Positions 36,998 through 46,846 of a stretch of DNA of 64,000 nt are shown one piece after another. The DNA is from Planctomycetota bacterium. GTDB taxonomy: Bacteria > Planctomycetota > MHYJ01 > JACQXL01. The notes beneath the pieces were generated by a model. That model ran no database searches. It worked only from the letters and a program-made list of their open reading frames with translations, and had not been told where the DNA came from. The translations under genes were made by a program, and so were the position numbers. The DNA lies in NCBI GenBank assembly GCA_043808305.1, contig JAZDFB010000123.1:11681-75680 (forward strand). Direction: 5' to 3'. Numbering within the stretch: position 1 is the stretch's first letter; each line of letters starts with the position of its first letter.

Positions 36998-37828
36998 ATG
37001 AATAAAAAGTTATTGATACCAATTATCATCGCGGTCGGCCTGGTTGCCTGGCTGGTAAGCCTGCTGGCCAAAAATCATTCCGAGGATGTAATCCTTGTTT
37101 CCGGCACTATTGAAGCCACCGAGGTCCATCTGTCATTCCAGGCCGGCGGGAAAATCAAGGAAATATACAAAGAAGAAGGCACAACCGCCAAGCCCGGCGA
37201 GATTTTAGCCCGGCTGGACAAAGAAGAATTCCTGAAAATAAAGAACCAGGCGGAGCTGTTATTGCAGGAAGCAAAGTTCAACCGCGAACGGCTTAGCCAG
37301 GATTATAACCGGGTCGAGGGCCTCTTCCAGTCCGGCGCTGTGTCGGCCCAGCAAAAAGATACGCTCAAAACTAATTTAGAGGTAGCTAAACTGAAAGAAC
37401 AGTCCCTCCAGTCCGGCCTAGATTTAGCCGTGCTGAAATTGGGCTATACCGACCTGGTTTCGCCGATTGGCGGCATGGTCACCGTAAAAAGCGCCGAAGC
37501 CGGCGAAATCGTCCAGGCCGGAGCCGCCATCTTGACGGTTGCGAACCTGACTAACATCTGGGTTACAGGATACATCAAGGAACCGGACCTGGGCCGGGTA
37601 AAACTCAATCAGAAAGCGCAGGTTAAGACAGACAGTTATCCCGGTAAGGATTATCCCGGTTATGTTTCCTTTATTGCCTCCGAGTCCGAATTTACCCCCA
37701 AGCAAATCCAGACCGCCGAAGAACGGGTTAACCGGGTTTACCGGATAAAAATCTCGCTGGACAATACCGGCCAGGTCTTCAAAACCGGCATGCCGGTGGA
37801 CGCGTATCTTCTTCCCAATCAGCCATGA
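36998..37828 (+). CDS. HlyD-family membrane fusion/periplasmic adaptor protein (YbhG-like)
   Basis: N-terminal TM segment, central coiled coil, and LVSPIGGMVT..V..GE.V barrel motifs. Confidence 0.85.
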   Translation: MNKKLLIPIIIAVGLVAWLVSLLAKNHSEDVILVSGTIEATEVHLSFQAGGKIKEIYKEEGTTAKPGEILARLDKEEFLKIKNQAELLLQEAKFNRERLSQDYNRVEGLFQSGAVSAQQKDTLKTNLEVAKLKEQSLQSGLDLAVLKLGYTDLVSPIGGMVTVKSAEAGEIVQAGAAILTVANLTNIWVTGYIKEPDLGRVKLNQKAQVKTDSYPGKDYPGYVSFIASESEFTPKQIQTAEERVNRVYRIKISLDNTGQVFKTGMPVDAYLLPNQP

Positions 37829-38553
37829 TTACAATAAAGACCAGAGACCTGACCAAGAAGTTCGGCAATACCACGGCCGTTGATAACCTTAACATCGAAA
37901 TAGAAGAAGGCTCTATATTCGGGCTGGTCGGCCCGGACGGCGCCGGCAAGACCACCACCATGCGCCTGCTCACCGGCATACTCGAACCCACCGGCGGCGA
38001 CGCCTGGATAGACGGCCGCCATATCATCAAAGATTCCGAAGCCCTCAAAGAAAACATCGCTTATATGCCCCAGCGTTTCGGGCTGTACGAAGACCTGACC
38101 GTCATGGAAAATATCGATTTCTACGCCGACATCTACGGCCTGCCCGCCCAGGACCGCCCGGCCCGGGTCGACCGCCTTCTCCAATTTACCAATCTGGGCG
38201 CATTCAAACAGCGTTTAGCCCGCAATCTTTCCGGCGGCATGAAGCAGAAATTGGGGCTAGCCTGCGCCCTGATTCATAAACCCCGCGTCCTCTTCCTGGA
38301 CGAGCCCACCAACGGCGTCGACCCGGTCTCGCGGCGTGATTTCTGGCAGATTCTTTACCAGTTACTAAAGGAAAAAGTGACTATTTTTTTCTCCACCGCT
38401 TATCTGGACGAGGCCGAACGCTGTAAAAGAATCGGGCTGATGCACAAAGGCAGGCTCCTTAAATACGATGCGCCCGCTGATATCAAAGCGCAAACTAATG
38501 CGGCCTCGCTGGAACAGGCGTTTATTTCTATAATTAATCAATATGAAAAATGA
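37825..38553 (+). CDS. ABC transporter ATP-binding protein (first of two)
   Basis: GLVGPDGAGKTT, LSGGMKQKLGLACAL, LFLDEPTNGVD. Confidence 0.9.
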   Translation: MITIKTRDLTKKFGNTTAVDNLNIEIEEGSIFGLVGPDGAGKTTTMRLLTGILEPTGGDAWIDGRHIIKDSEALKENIAYMPQRFGLYEDLTVMENIDFYADIYGLPAQDRPARVDRLLQFTNLGAFKQRLARNLSGGMKQKLGLACALIHKPRVLFLDEPTNGVDPVSRRDFWQILYQLLKEKVTIFFSTAYLDEAERCKRIGLMHKGRLLKYDAPADIKAQTNAASLEQAFISIINQYEK

Positions 38554-39514
38554 TATCGGGCATGCAGTCCAGGTGACTGATCTGGAAAAGAGATTCGGCT
38601 CTTTTACCGCCGTCAACCGGATAAGCTTCCAGGTCGACAAAGGCGAGATATTCGGCTTCCTCGGACCAAACGGCGCCGGCAAATCAACAACTATCCGGAT
38701 GCTCTGCGGCATCCTGACGCCGACTTCCGGCGCCGGACACGTGGCCGGTTACGACATCATCAGCCAGCCGGATTTAATCAAACAGCATATCGGTTATATG
38801 TCCCAGCGGTTCTCGCTTTACGATGATTTGACCGTTGAAGAAAATATCAATTTCTACAGCGGCATATACCGGGTGCCGGCCCATAAAAAACAGGAGCGTA
38901 AAGAATGGGTCATCCGGATGGCCGGGCTGGACAAATTGCGGTCCAGCCGGACCGGCATCCTGTCCGGCGGCTGGAAACAGCGGCTGGCACTGGGTTGCGC
39001 CGTCATCCACGAACCGGGAATACTGTTTCTGGACGAGCCGACCGCCGGCGTCGACCCGATTGCCCGGCAGATGTTTTGGGACCTCATCAAGCAGGTCTCC
39101 GCAAACGGCGTGACCGTCTTCGTTACCACCCATTACATGGACGAAGCCGAAAACTGCGGCCGGCTGGCCCTGATTTATGACGGCCACATCATCGCCACCG
39201 GCACCCCAAGCCAATTGAAAACAGGCTTCATGAAAGAACAGGTCCTGGCCGTCAGCCTGCCCAACCCGGAGGAATGGATAGAGCCGCTCAACCGGCTGGA
39301 CGGCATAAGGGAAACCGCCCTGTTCGGCGCCACTCTCCACGCCATTGTCGATAATGAATCATCGGCCGCGGCGGCTATAAAAGAAATGCTGGCCGGCCGG
39401 CCCGGCCTGGATTACCGGGTTGAAAAGATACCGCCTTCGCTGGAGGATGTTTTTGTTTCACTGGTAAAATTACATACAAGCCAAAAGGTGCTCCATGAAT
39501 CCGACAAGAATTAG
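38543..39514 (+). CDS. ABC transporter ATP-binding protein (second of two)
   Basis: GFLGPNGAGKST, LSGGWKQRLALGCAV, LFLDEPTAGVD. Start overlaps the previous gene. Confidence 0.9.
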   Translation: MKNDIGHAVQVTDLEKRFGSFTAVNRISFQVDKGEIFGFLGPNGAGKSTTIRMLCGILTPTSGAGHVAGYDIISQPDLIKQHIGYMSQRFSLYDDLTVEENINFYSGIYRVPAHKKQERKEWVIRMAGLDKLRSSRTGILSGGWKQRLALGCAVIHEPGILFLDEPTAGVDPIARQMFWDLIKQVSANGVTVFVTTHYMDEAENCGRLALIYDGHIIATGTPSQLKTGFMKEQVLAVSLPNPEEWIEPLNRLDGIRETALFGATLHAIVDNESSAAAAIKEMLAGRPGLDYRVEKIPPSLEDVFVSLVKLHTSQKVLHESDKN

Positions 39515-40625
39515 GGCTATAGCACGCAAAGAGTTTATCCAGATATTCCGCGACCCGCGCAGCCTGGGACTGGTCATCGCTTTGCCTATGGTTCTGCTCT
39601 TCATGTTCGGCTACGCACTTTCGCTGGATGTCGATAACGTACCCCTGGCCGTATGGGACCAGGACAACTCGCCCGTTTCGCAGGATTTTATCCTCAATTT
39701 CAGCAACTCGCCTTATTTCAAAATACTCGGCTATTTCGGCAGTTATCAGGAACTGCAGTCTTATATAGACCAGAACCAAGCTTTTATGGCGCTGGTTATC
39801 CCGGCCGATTTCTCCGGCAATATAAAATCCAACCGCCCGGCGCCGGTGCAACTATTAGTCGACGGTAGCGATTCCAACACTGCCACCATCGCCCTGGGCT
39901 ACGTCAACGCCGTCACGGCCGGCTATAACAGGAAACTAATGGTCGACAGCCTGTCGCGCCTAGGACTAAGGGCCGCTGCGCCCATCGACCTGCGCCCGCG
40001 GATATGGTTCAACCAGGACATGAAAAGCCGCAACAACATCATCCCCGGCCTGATTGCCGTGATAATGATGGTCATCGCCGCATTGCTCACCTCGCTGACC
40101 GTGGCCCGGGAATGGGAACGCGGCACCATGGAACAGCTTATCTCCACCCCCATCAAACCCCGCGAGCTGGTCATCGGGAAACTGATACCCTATTTCGCCA
40201 TCGGCTTCTTCGATGTCCTGATATCCGTGTTGATGGGCCAGTTTATATTCAACGTCCCCCTGCACGGCAGTGTCTTATTGCTTTTTATATTAAGCGGCAT
40301 ATTCCTGGCCGGCGCCCTGAGCATGGGCATGCTGGTTTCCATTGTGGCCAAGAAACAGCTCCTGGCCAGCCAGATTGCCCTGCTGGCCACTTTCCTGCCG
40401 GCATTTCTCTTGTCCGGCTTTGTTTTCAGCATCGCCAATATGCCTAAAATCATACAGGCCGTGACCTATATCATCCCGGCCCGTTATTTTATCACCATAC
40501 TCAAAGGCATTTATTTGAAAGGCATCGGATTGGAGATATTGGGCGTCGAGGCCCTGTTCCTGTGCCTGTTTGCCTTAGCGGTGTTTAGCCTGGCAACTAT
40601 GTTATTCAAGAAAAGGGTGGCTTAA
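39495..40625 (+). CDS. ABC-2 type transporter permease (YbhS/YbhR-like)
   Basis: 376 aa. KEFIQIFRDPRSL, a large first loop, then five C-terminal TM segments. Confidence 0.88.
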   Translation: MNPTRIRAIARKEFIQIFRDPRSLGLVIALPMVLLFMFGYALSLDVDNVPLAVWDQDNSPVSQDFILNFSNSPYFKILGYFGSYQELQSYIDQNQAFMALVIPADFSGNIKSNRPAPVQLLVDGSDSNTATIALGYVNAVTAGYNRKLMVDSLSRLGLRAAAPIDLRPRIWFNQDMKSRNNIIPGLIAVIMMVIAALLTSLTVAREWERGTMEQLISTPIKPRELVIGKLIPYFAIGFFDVLISVLMGQFIFNVPLHGSVLLLFILSGIFLAGALSMGMLVSIVAKKQLLASQIALLATFLPAFLLSGFVFSIANMPKIIQAVTYIIPARYFITILKGIYLKGIGLEILGVEALFLCLFALAVFSLATMLFKKRVA

Positions 40626-40627
40626 AT

Positions 40628-41758
40628 ATGTTCGAACGCATCCGTCAGATAGTCATCAAGGAATTCATCCAGATATTCCGCGACCCGCGCATGCGGGTAG
40701 TGCTTTTCGTTCCGCCCATCCTGCAGATGCTGGTTTTCGGCTACGTCGTGTCAACCGACGTGAAGAATATTCCTACCGCTATCATGGACCTGGACAACTC
40801 CCCGGCCAGCCGCGATGTCATCAGAGAATTCACCTATTCCGGATATTTTAAAACCGTCGAGCTCATATCAACCGACCGCCGCGCCCGGCAGCTGCTGGAC
40901 AGTTCCCGGGCCGGCGCGGTCATCCGCTTCAATCCCGGGTTCGGCCGCGACCTGACTGCCGGCCGACCGGCCCGGATGCAGATGGTAGTTGACGGCGTTG
41001 ATTCCACTACCGCCGCCGTGGCCATGACCTATGCCAGCCGGATTATCGAAAGATATTCAGCCCGGGTATTAAAGGACCGGGCCGGCGCGTCAGTCAATGC
41101 CCCGAACAGGTTCCCCGAGGTTGATTTGCGGTCCCGCGTCTGGTTCAACGAAAACCTGCTCTCGCGAAATTTCTTCATCCCCGGAGTCATCGCCCTGATT
41201 ATTACCATTATCACTCTGCTCCTTACCTCCATGGCTATAGTCAAGGAAAAAGAAATCGGCACCATCGAACAGCTCATAGTCAGCCCTCTCAGGCCGTGGG
41301 AGCTTATCATGGGCAAACTGCTGCCATTTGCCGTTATCGGCCTGTTCAACGTCCTGCTCATAACCTCGGTCGGCGTGCTCTGGTTCGGCATACCCATCCG
41401 CGGCAGTCTGCTGTTGCTTTTCGGTTCGGCGGTGCTTTATCTTTTAACCACCCTGGGCATCGGTCTGTTTATTTCCACCATTGCCGGCACCCAGCAGGAA
41501 GCAATGATGACCACTTTTCTGTTTGCTTTTCCCTCGATTCTACTGTCCGGTTTTGCATTCCCCATACACAATATGCCCGAAATTATCCAATACATCACCT
41601 ATCTCAACCCATTGCGCTACTTTCTGGTAATACTCAGGGGCATATTCCTCAAAGGCGCCGGTATGGAGGTGCTCTGGCCCCAGATGCTGGCGTTGTTGAT
41701 AATCGGCAGCGGTATCTTCATCCTCAGCGCCTTAAGGTTCAGGAAAAGACTGAACTAA
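40628..41758 (+). CDS. ABC-2 type transporter permease (paralog)
   Basis: 376 aa. KEFIQIFRDPRMR. Collinear with 39495-40625. Confidence 0.88.
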   Translation: MFERIRQIVIKEFIQIFRDPRMRVVLFVPPILQMLVFGYVVSTDVKNIPTAIMDLDNSPASRDVIREFTYSGYFKTVELISTDRRARQLLDSSRAGAVIRFNPGFGRDLTAGRPARMQMVVDGVDSTTAAVAMTYASRIIERYSARVLKDRAGASVNAPNRFPEVDLRSRVWFNENLLSRNFFIPGVIALIITIITLLLTSMAIVKEKEIGTIEQLIVSPLRPWELIMGKLLPFAVIGLFNVLLITSVGVLWFGIPIRGSLLLLFGSAVLYLLTTLGIGLFISTIAGTQQEAMMTTFLFAFPSILLSGFAFPIHNMPEIIQYITYLNPLRYFLVILRGIFLKGAGMEVLWPQMLALLIIGSGIFILSALRFRKRLN

Positions 41759-41792
41759 ACCCCCGGCTGTCTTATAAAATCAAATATTTTGC

Positions 41793-41821
41793 TTGACGTC
41801 GTTTCAATTAATTATATAAAT
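41793..41821 (+). promoter_or_regulatory. Sigma70-like promoter candidate
   Basis: GCTTGACG, 16-17 nt spacer, TATAAA/ATAAAT. Confidence 0.35.
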
Positions 41822-41863
41822 GCGGATTGAACTATTATTAATACGAAAAGAAAGGAATGGAAT

Positions 41864-42259
41864 ATGAGACAGTTTATTTTAAGCTTGGGCGTAGTCGCGG
41901 CTCTTTTCATCCTGGCAACAGGCTGTAACAACCCGGAACTGGAAAAAACCAAGGCCGAATTAACCGCTACCAAGGCAACGCTGGAAAAGGCTCAAAAAGA
42001 CATGGAAACAGCCATGGCCGGATTAAACGCGCAATTAATACAGGCCAAAACAGACCTGGAAAAGGCCACGACAGAGTTAGCTGACACCAAGGCAAAGCTG
42101 ACGCAGGTCCAAAAGGACCTGACTGACAACGCCGCCGCCCAATTAGCTCAAATCAAAGCAGACATGGATAAAGCCACAGCAGAGTTAGCTGACACCAAGG
42201 CAAAACTGGAGCAGGCTCAAAAGGAACTAAGCGAATCAGAAAATAACAAGGCTAAATAG
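41864..42259 (+). CDS. Coiled-coil lipoprotein
   Basis: Lipobox LATGC. Repeated KAT.ELADTKAKL.Q.QK(D/E)L units. Confidence 0.7.
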   Translation: MRQFILSLGVVAALFILATGCNNPELEKTKAELTATKATLEKAQKDMETAMAGLNAQLIQAKTDLEKATTELADTKAKLTQVQKDLTDNAAAQLAQIKADMDKATAELADTKAKLEQAQKELSESENNKAK

Positions 42260-42390
42260 GATTCGGCTTATTTAATATAGCCTTGCCGTATGTTTGTCCA
42301 TAGAACCGCCAAATAGCGGCTTAAACTCCCGCGCCGAAAGGTTTTGGCGGAAATTCTTAGGTTCACTCCGGTTTATCGGCATAAAACAAT

Positions 42391-43782
42391 ATGTTTGAAC
42401 TGTTGGAAAAAGTCCTCAAAGAAGCCCAGTCCTGGACGGAAATCAGGTATCACCACAGGCAAAAGAATACCATTGCTGTCCGCAAAGGCGAGCTGGAAAA
42501 TATCAGTTCCACCATCTGCGCCGGAATCGGCATAAGGGTCCTGTTAAACGGCGCTTGGGGATTCAGCAGCACCTCAAAACTCGGCTTAAACGATATCATC
42601 CATACCTTGCGCGAAGCCGAAAAATCCGCCCGGATACTGGGTGATTACAAAAAGAACAAAATCAAAGATATCCCCAAGACAGGCCTGGCCCGGGGGGATT
42701 TCAAACCCGTTATCGGAGACAGCCTGCTCAACCATACCCTGGAAGAAAAACTCACATTGGTGCTTGATACGGAAAAACTGGTAATGAAAGCTTCTCCCCT
42801 TATTCAATCGGCCTCGTGCCTGTATAACGAAATACTCGATGAGAAATATATCCTCACCGGCGACGGAGCCAGGGCTCATATCATTGATACGAAGCCGGAG
42901 TTCCGGGTTTCTGCCGTTGCGGTAAAAAACGGCGATATGATTATGTCCAGCGAAACCGCCGGAGTCACCGGCGGATGGGACGACCTTTTCAGGGATAATA
43001 ATCCCCAAGAAATGGCCGAGAAGTCGGCTAAAAGAGCCGTCGACCTGCTCCAGGCGAAATACCCCACCGGCGAAAGGGCTACCGTCATAATGGACCCGGC
43101 GATTGTCGGGCTTCTGGCGCACGAAGCTATCGGGCATACGGTAGAGGCCGACCTGGTTATGGCCGGCTCTGTCACCAAAGGCAAAATCGGCCAGCAGATA
43201 GCCAGCGAAATTGTCACGCTATGCGACAGCGGCCATTCCGAAATCGCGCCCAATGCCAGCGGCATATTGCCGGTTGACGATGAGGGCGTGCCGGCTAAAA
43301 AAACCGTTGTCATAGAGCGCGGCATACTCCGGTCATACCTGCACAACAGGGAATCAGCCGAAATCTTCGGCGTGGAACCCACCGGCAACGCCCGCGCCTT
43401 TGAATATTCCAACGAACCTATCATCAGGATGAGAAACACCTATATCGAACCCGGCAAATCGGATGTTGACAGGATGATTTCCGAGGTAAAAGAAGGATAC
43501 CTTCTCAAAGGCGCCGTGGGCGGCCAGGCCGATGCCAATGCCGAATTTATGTTCGGCGTCCAGGAAGCCTATCGGATAAAAGACGGCAAAGTGGGCGAGC
43601 TCCTCAGGGGCGTGACCATTTCCGGCCAGGCCTTTGACGTGCTCAAGAGCGTTGATGCCCTCGGCCGGGAGTTCAAGTGGGGCCTGGGCGCCGGCTATTG
43701 CGGCAAGGGCCAGCCCGCAAAGGTGGACGCCGGCGGGCCGTACCTGAGATGCCGGGCCATTGTCGGCGGAAGGCAAAAATAA
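42391..43782 (+). CDS. tldD: Metalloprotease TldD
   Basis: 463 aa. HEAIGHTVEADL (HExxxH), PVDDEGV, and the C-terminal GAGYCGKGQ segment. Confidence 0.88.
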   Translation: MFELLEKVLKEAQSWTEIRYHHRQKNTIAVRKGELENISSTICAGIGIRVLLNGAWGFSSTSKLGLNDIIHTLREAEKSARILGDYKKNKIKDIPKTGLARGDFKPVIGDSLLNHTLEEKLTLVLDTEKLVMKASPLIQSASCLYNEILDEKYILTGDGARAHIIDTKPEFRVSAVAVKNGDMIMSSETAGVTGGWDDLFRDNNPQEMAEKSAKRAVDLLQAKYPTGERATVIMDPAIVGLLAHEAIGHTVEADLVMAGSVTKGKIGQQIASEIVTLCDSGHSEIAPNASGILPVDDEGVPAKKTVVIERGILRSYLHNRESAEIFGVEPTGNARAFEYSNEPIIRMRNTYIEPGKSDVDRMISEVKEGYLLKGAVGGQADANAEFMFGVQEAYRIKDGKVGELLRGVTISGQAFDVLKSVDALGREFKWGLGAGYCGKGQPAKVDAGGPYLRCRAIVGGRQK

Positions 43783-43783
43783 T

Positions 43784-45118
43784 ATGGAAGATTTGATGGG
43801 AATCTGCGAGCAGGCCTGTAAAAAGGCCGTCACCCTGGGCGCCGGCGAAGCCGAGATATACGCCGTCAGCTCAAAGAAGATAGAAATCTCCCTGGAAAAT
43901 AACGATATCCACCGGACCGTCAGCCAGCAGGAACAGTCCATCGGCATCAGGACATTTATAAACAAATCGTTGGGTTTTGCCTCGGTAAATATCCTGACGC
44001 CGGACAGTATCGATAGCGCCGTTCATAACGCCATCAGCCTTTCAAGGAAAAGCCCCCGTGATGAATATAACGGCGTCCCCGAGCCCTGCGAAATATCAAA
44101 AGTAACAAAGGTATATGACCCGGCCAGCGCCGGTTTCGGCATAGAAGACGGATTGAAACTGGCCATCCGGATGCTTAAGACTGCCAAAGATTTTGACAAA
44201 AGGGTCTCGGTTGAATCAGGCTGCTTCGTCGCCGATATCTCAAAAAAGGTGATTATCAACTCAAAAGGGGTCCGGGCTGAGGAATTATCAAACGCCTTTG
44301 TTTACTATATCATAGGAATGGCCGTTGACGGTCCCGTGGTTTCCACCTTTGATGTCCAGTTTGACGGCACCGCAATGCTTAGCGAAATAGACGTCGAGTC
44401 CGTCGCCCGCGAGTTCGCTAAAAATGTGGTCGGCTCCCTGGGCGCGGGTAAAGGCGAAAGCTTTAAAGGCGCCATAGTCCTCAGCCCTGACGCGGTCATG
44501 AATTTCATCCATCCGGTCATCTTCTCCGCAAACGCCAATAATGTCCAGAAGGGTATGAGCAAGCTGGCCGGCAAACTCGGCCAAAAGGTTGCGTCTGAAC
44601 TTCTGACTATCAAGGATGACGGGCTGATTGAAGGCGGCCTGGCCACCAGCGCCTTCGACCGCGAAGGAATGCCCCACAAGCCGGTTTTTATCATCAAAGA
44701 CGGGCTGCTCTCCTCGTATCTATATAACACTTACACCGCCAAAAAGGACAAGACCGGCTCCAGCGGCCACGCATCAGGCGGCCCCAACTCCGTCCCGGCC
44801 ATAGGCACGACCAATATCATCGTCAGCCAGGGCGGCAAATCCAAGGATGAAATGATAGCCGACATCAAGAACGGCGTATTGGTCACCAGTTTTTCCGGGT
44901 TCCCCAACCCCGTCAGCGGCGATTTCTCCGGCGTGGTCAAGGGCGGTTATCTCATAAAGAACGGGCAGATAGTAAAACCCTTGGTCGAGACGCTCATCGC
45001 CGGCAACAGCTTCGACCTACTCAGCCGCATTTCAGCCGTTTCCAAGGAGCGGAAAAAGGTCTTCACCTCACTCCTGCCTTACATACGCGTTGAAGACGTC
45101 TCCGTCACCAGCGGTTAG
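43784..45118 (+). CDS. pmbA: Metalloprotease partner PmbA/TldE
   Basis: Paralogous fold without HExxxH. FDREGMP and VSGDFSG motifs. ATG 43784 lies 2 nt after the tldD stop; the track ORF starts at TTG 43760. Confidence 0.85.
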   Translation: MEDLMGICEQACKKAVTLGAGEAEIYAVSSKKIEISLENNDIHRTVSQQEQSIGIRTFINKSLGFASVNILTPDSIDSAVHNAISLSRKSPRDEYNGVPEPCEISKVTKVYDPASAGFGIEDGLKLAIRMLKTAKDFDKRVSVESGCFVADISKKVIINSKGVRAEELSNAFVYYIIGMAVDGPVVSTFDVQFDGTAMLSEIDVESVAREFAKNVVGSLGAGKGESFKGAIVLSPDAVMNFIHPVIFSANANNVQKGMSKLAGKLGQKVASELLTIKDDGLIEGGLATSAFDREGMPHKPVFIIKDGLLSSYLYNTYTAKKDKTGSSGHASGGPNSVPAIGTTNIIVSQGGKSKDEMIADIKNGVLVTSFSGFPNPVSGDFSGVVKGGYLIKNGQIVKPLVETLIAGNSFDLLSRISAVSKERKKVFTSLLPYIRVEDVSVTSG

Positions 45119-45540
45119 TGGCAGTAGGAACAAAGTGACGTACTGCCACGTTATCCCGATGAGCGCCAGCGACATCGGGATTAGTACCACTTAGAGCCCC
45201 GCCCAAAGGCGGGATAGTTCGGCTGTTGGAAGTATGACTTACAGCCGACTATACCTGGCAGTAATTCTGGCTTTAAAGGCGCCATCAAACTGCCAGAGTA
45301 TAAACTCCGTGACGTTAGTGCCACTTGGAACCCCGCCCGAAGGCGGGATAAACTCCGTGACGTATTAGAGCCAGTAGGAGTATACGACGTAGAGCTACTG
45401 CCTCCCTTTAGGGACTGGGTCTTATCTCGGCTATTTCGCCGGGGTCGGCACGTTATCCTGACGAAGTTCATGGGTACTGCCACGTTATCCCGGTTATCCA
45501 TCACGGCTCGCGCTTTCACGCGGGATTGTCTGCTGCTGGC
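45115..45540. repeat. Large block of intergenic mosaic repeats
   Basis: GTTAGTGGCAGTAGG overlaps the pmbA stop. GTACTGCCACGTTATCCCG occurs twice. CCCCGCCC(A/G)AAGGCGGGATA occurs twice. ACTTACAGCCGACTATACCTGGCAGTAATT...AAACTGCC is also seen at 34418-34470 and, inverted, at 34787-34858. Confidence 0.8.
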
Positions 45541-45671
45541 AGATCTTCTTTGTGATTCAGATTTAAAATTATTCTATGGGCATTTAGGAATGGAAACTGC
45601 TATCGGAATGACGTTGCAAAACCACGAAAAACAATTAGGGGTATAGAAAAACCAAACAAACCAATCAGCGT

Positions 45672-45899
45672 TTATTCTTTAAAGAAATCCAATCGCAGGG
45701 TAGCATCTTTCAGGACTATCTCTTTGGAGGAGTTGTCATCTCCAGTCTTTAATAATTGATTGAATGAATGTTTAATCTTTTTCCCTTCAACTTGCGCCAA
45801 GACAGACACCCATTTATTACCGGCATAAAGATATTTTAGATTAACGGGGCAAGAAAACTTACCTTGCGAATCAGTCTTTAAGTCTATGGAGGAGTTCAC
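45672..45899 (-). CDS. In-frame continuation of the 45924-46826 gene beyond a single TGA
   Basis: Same reading frame as the upstream ORF. 24 nt (8 sense codons) separate the TGA (45926-45924) from the first GTG. The sequence (KTDSQGKFSCPV) continues the same Ig-like repeat style. Confidence 0.5.
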   Translation of the reverse strand: MNSSIDLKTDSQGKFSCPVNLKYLYAGNKWVSVLAQVEGKKIKHSFNQLLKTGDDNSSKEIVLKDATLRLDFFKE

Positions 45900-45923
45900 G
45901 ACTCCTTCGCCAGGGCGCTCTTT

Positions 45924-46826
45924 TCAGGTCTTGGTTTGGCCGAATTCAATCGTGATTGGCGCTTGAACTAAAGGCTCGCCCGCAGAATCAACCAACACGC
46001 CTGTCATATGCCCGTTTCGTTGGGCATCCAGCATTGAGAACTTAAATATCTTTTCAGCGAAATTGATGGTATTAGTGATGGTTTTATTAATCGGTATGTC
46101 CAGCGTCCGCGCCACCTCTCCGAATTCAACAAACTCATATGTTTTGTCGTTAATTTTAATTGAGTTGGGAACATATACAGAAAAGTAATGTAGTTTTTTG
46201 TCGTCACGAATCACATCAGGGCAATAATCTGCCGTAATTTTAATTTGGTAATTACCCTGGTCATCAGTTTCAACCTTAACTGTATCAACAATTGATTGCT
46301 TCCCATTCGGATCCATTTGGTGTATCTTTATGCTTGCCGGCACATTGGGTAACGGCGTTTTATCTATCACATCGGCCGCGTGGGCTTTAATCGTCCATTT
46401 ATCAGAGGTTTTAATCAGCCCGAAATCTAAAGTCATCTTTGTAAGTTCTTTGGCTGCCTCGGCAGGAATCTTCTGGTCATAGTTGATTGCAAAGTATTCC
46501 TTGCCGCCATTTATGTAAAAACGCAGATAATATTCCTGGGCAAGGAAATCGCCGGGGAAATCTTTGAAAACATAACGGCCTTGTTCATCCGCCAGTTGGG
46601 TATCCTCCAAAGCTTTCCATTTCGTCCCCTCAAGTTTTTGGAGAGTAATCTTAATTTCAGCCTTAGGGATAGGGCTAAGTGTATTACCATCGAATATTAG
46701 TCCCTGGCAGGTAAGGGTTTTGGATTCATTGTCAGCCATAGTTGTATCGGAGGCAATCAGTACCAAACTACCGATACCACAGACCCAAATTGCCACCCAT
46801 CCGATTAGTCGATTCAGGTTTGCCAT
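45924..46826 (-). CDS. Secreted protein with prealbumin/CarboxypepD_reg-like Ig-fold repeats
   Basis: Signal-like WVAIWVCGIGSLVLIA. ADEQGRYVFKDFPG and DDQGNYQIKI motifs. AT-rich gene directly downstream of the STK. Confidence 0.65.
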   Translation of the reverse strand: MANLNRLIGWVAIWVCGIGSLVLIASDTTMADNESKTLTCQGLIFDGNTLSPIPKAEIKITLQKLEGTKWKALEDTQLADEQGRYVFKDFPGDFLAQEYYLRFYINGGKEYFAINYDQKIPAEAAKELTKMTLDFGLIKTSDKWTIKAHAADVIDKTPLPNVPASIKIHQMDPNGKQSIVDTVKVETDDQGNYQIKITADYCPDVIRDDKKLHYFSVYVPNSIKINDKTYEFVEFGEVARTLDIPINKTITNTINFAEKIFKFSMLDAQRNGHMTGVLVDSAGEPLVQAPITIEFGQTKT

Positions 46827-46846
46827 AATATATTCCTTTCAATAGT

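Noticed and set aside
45181-45519. A 112-aa minus-strand ORF in the pmbA downstream spacer.
   Set aside because: It is composed entirely of the intergenic mosaic repeats. The same peptide fragment, ELLPGIVGC, appears wherever the repeat is read. No RBS.
45900-45926. Selenocysteine decoding of the in-frame TGA in the Ig-fold gene.
   Set aside because: Only a weak 5-bp stem follows the UGA, at a non-canonical distance. The protein is a secreted structural type not known to use Sec. There are no sel genes in the window. A nonsense mutation or sequencing error is more likely.
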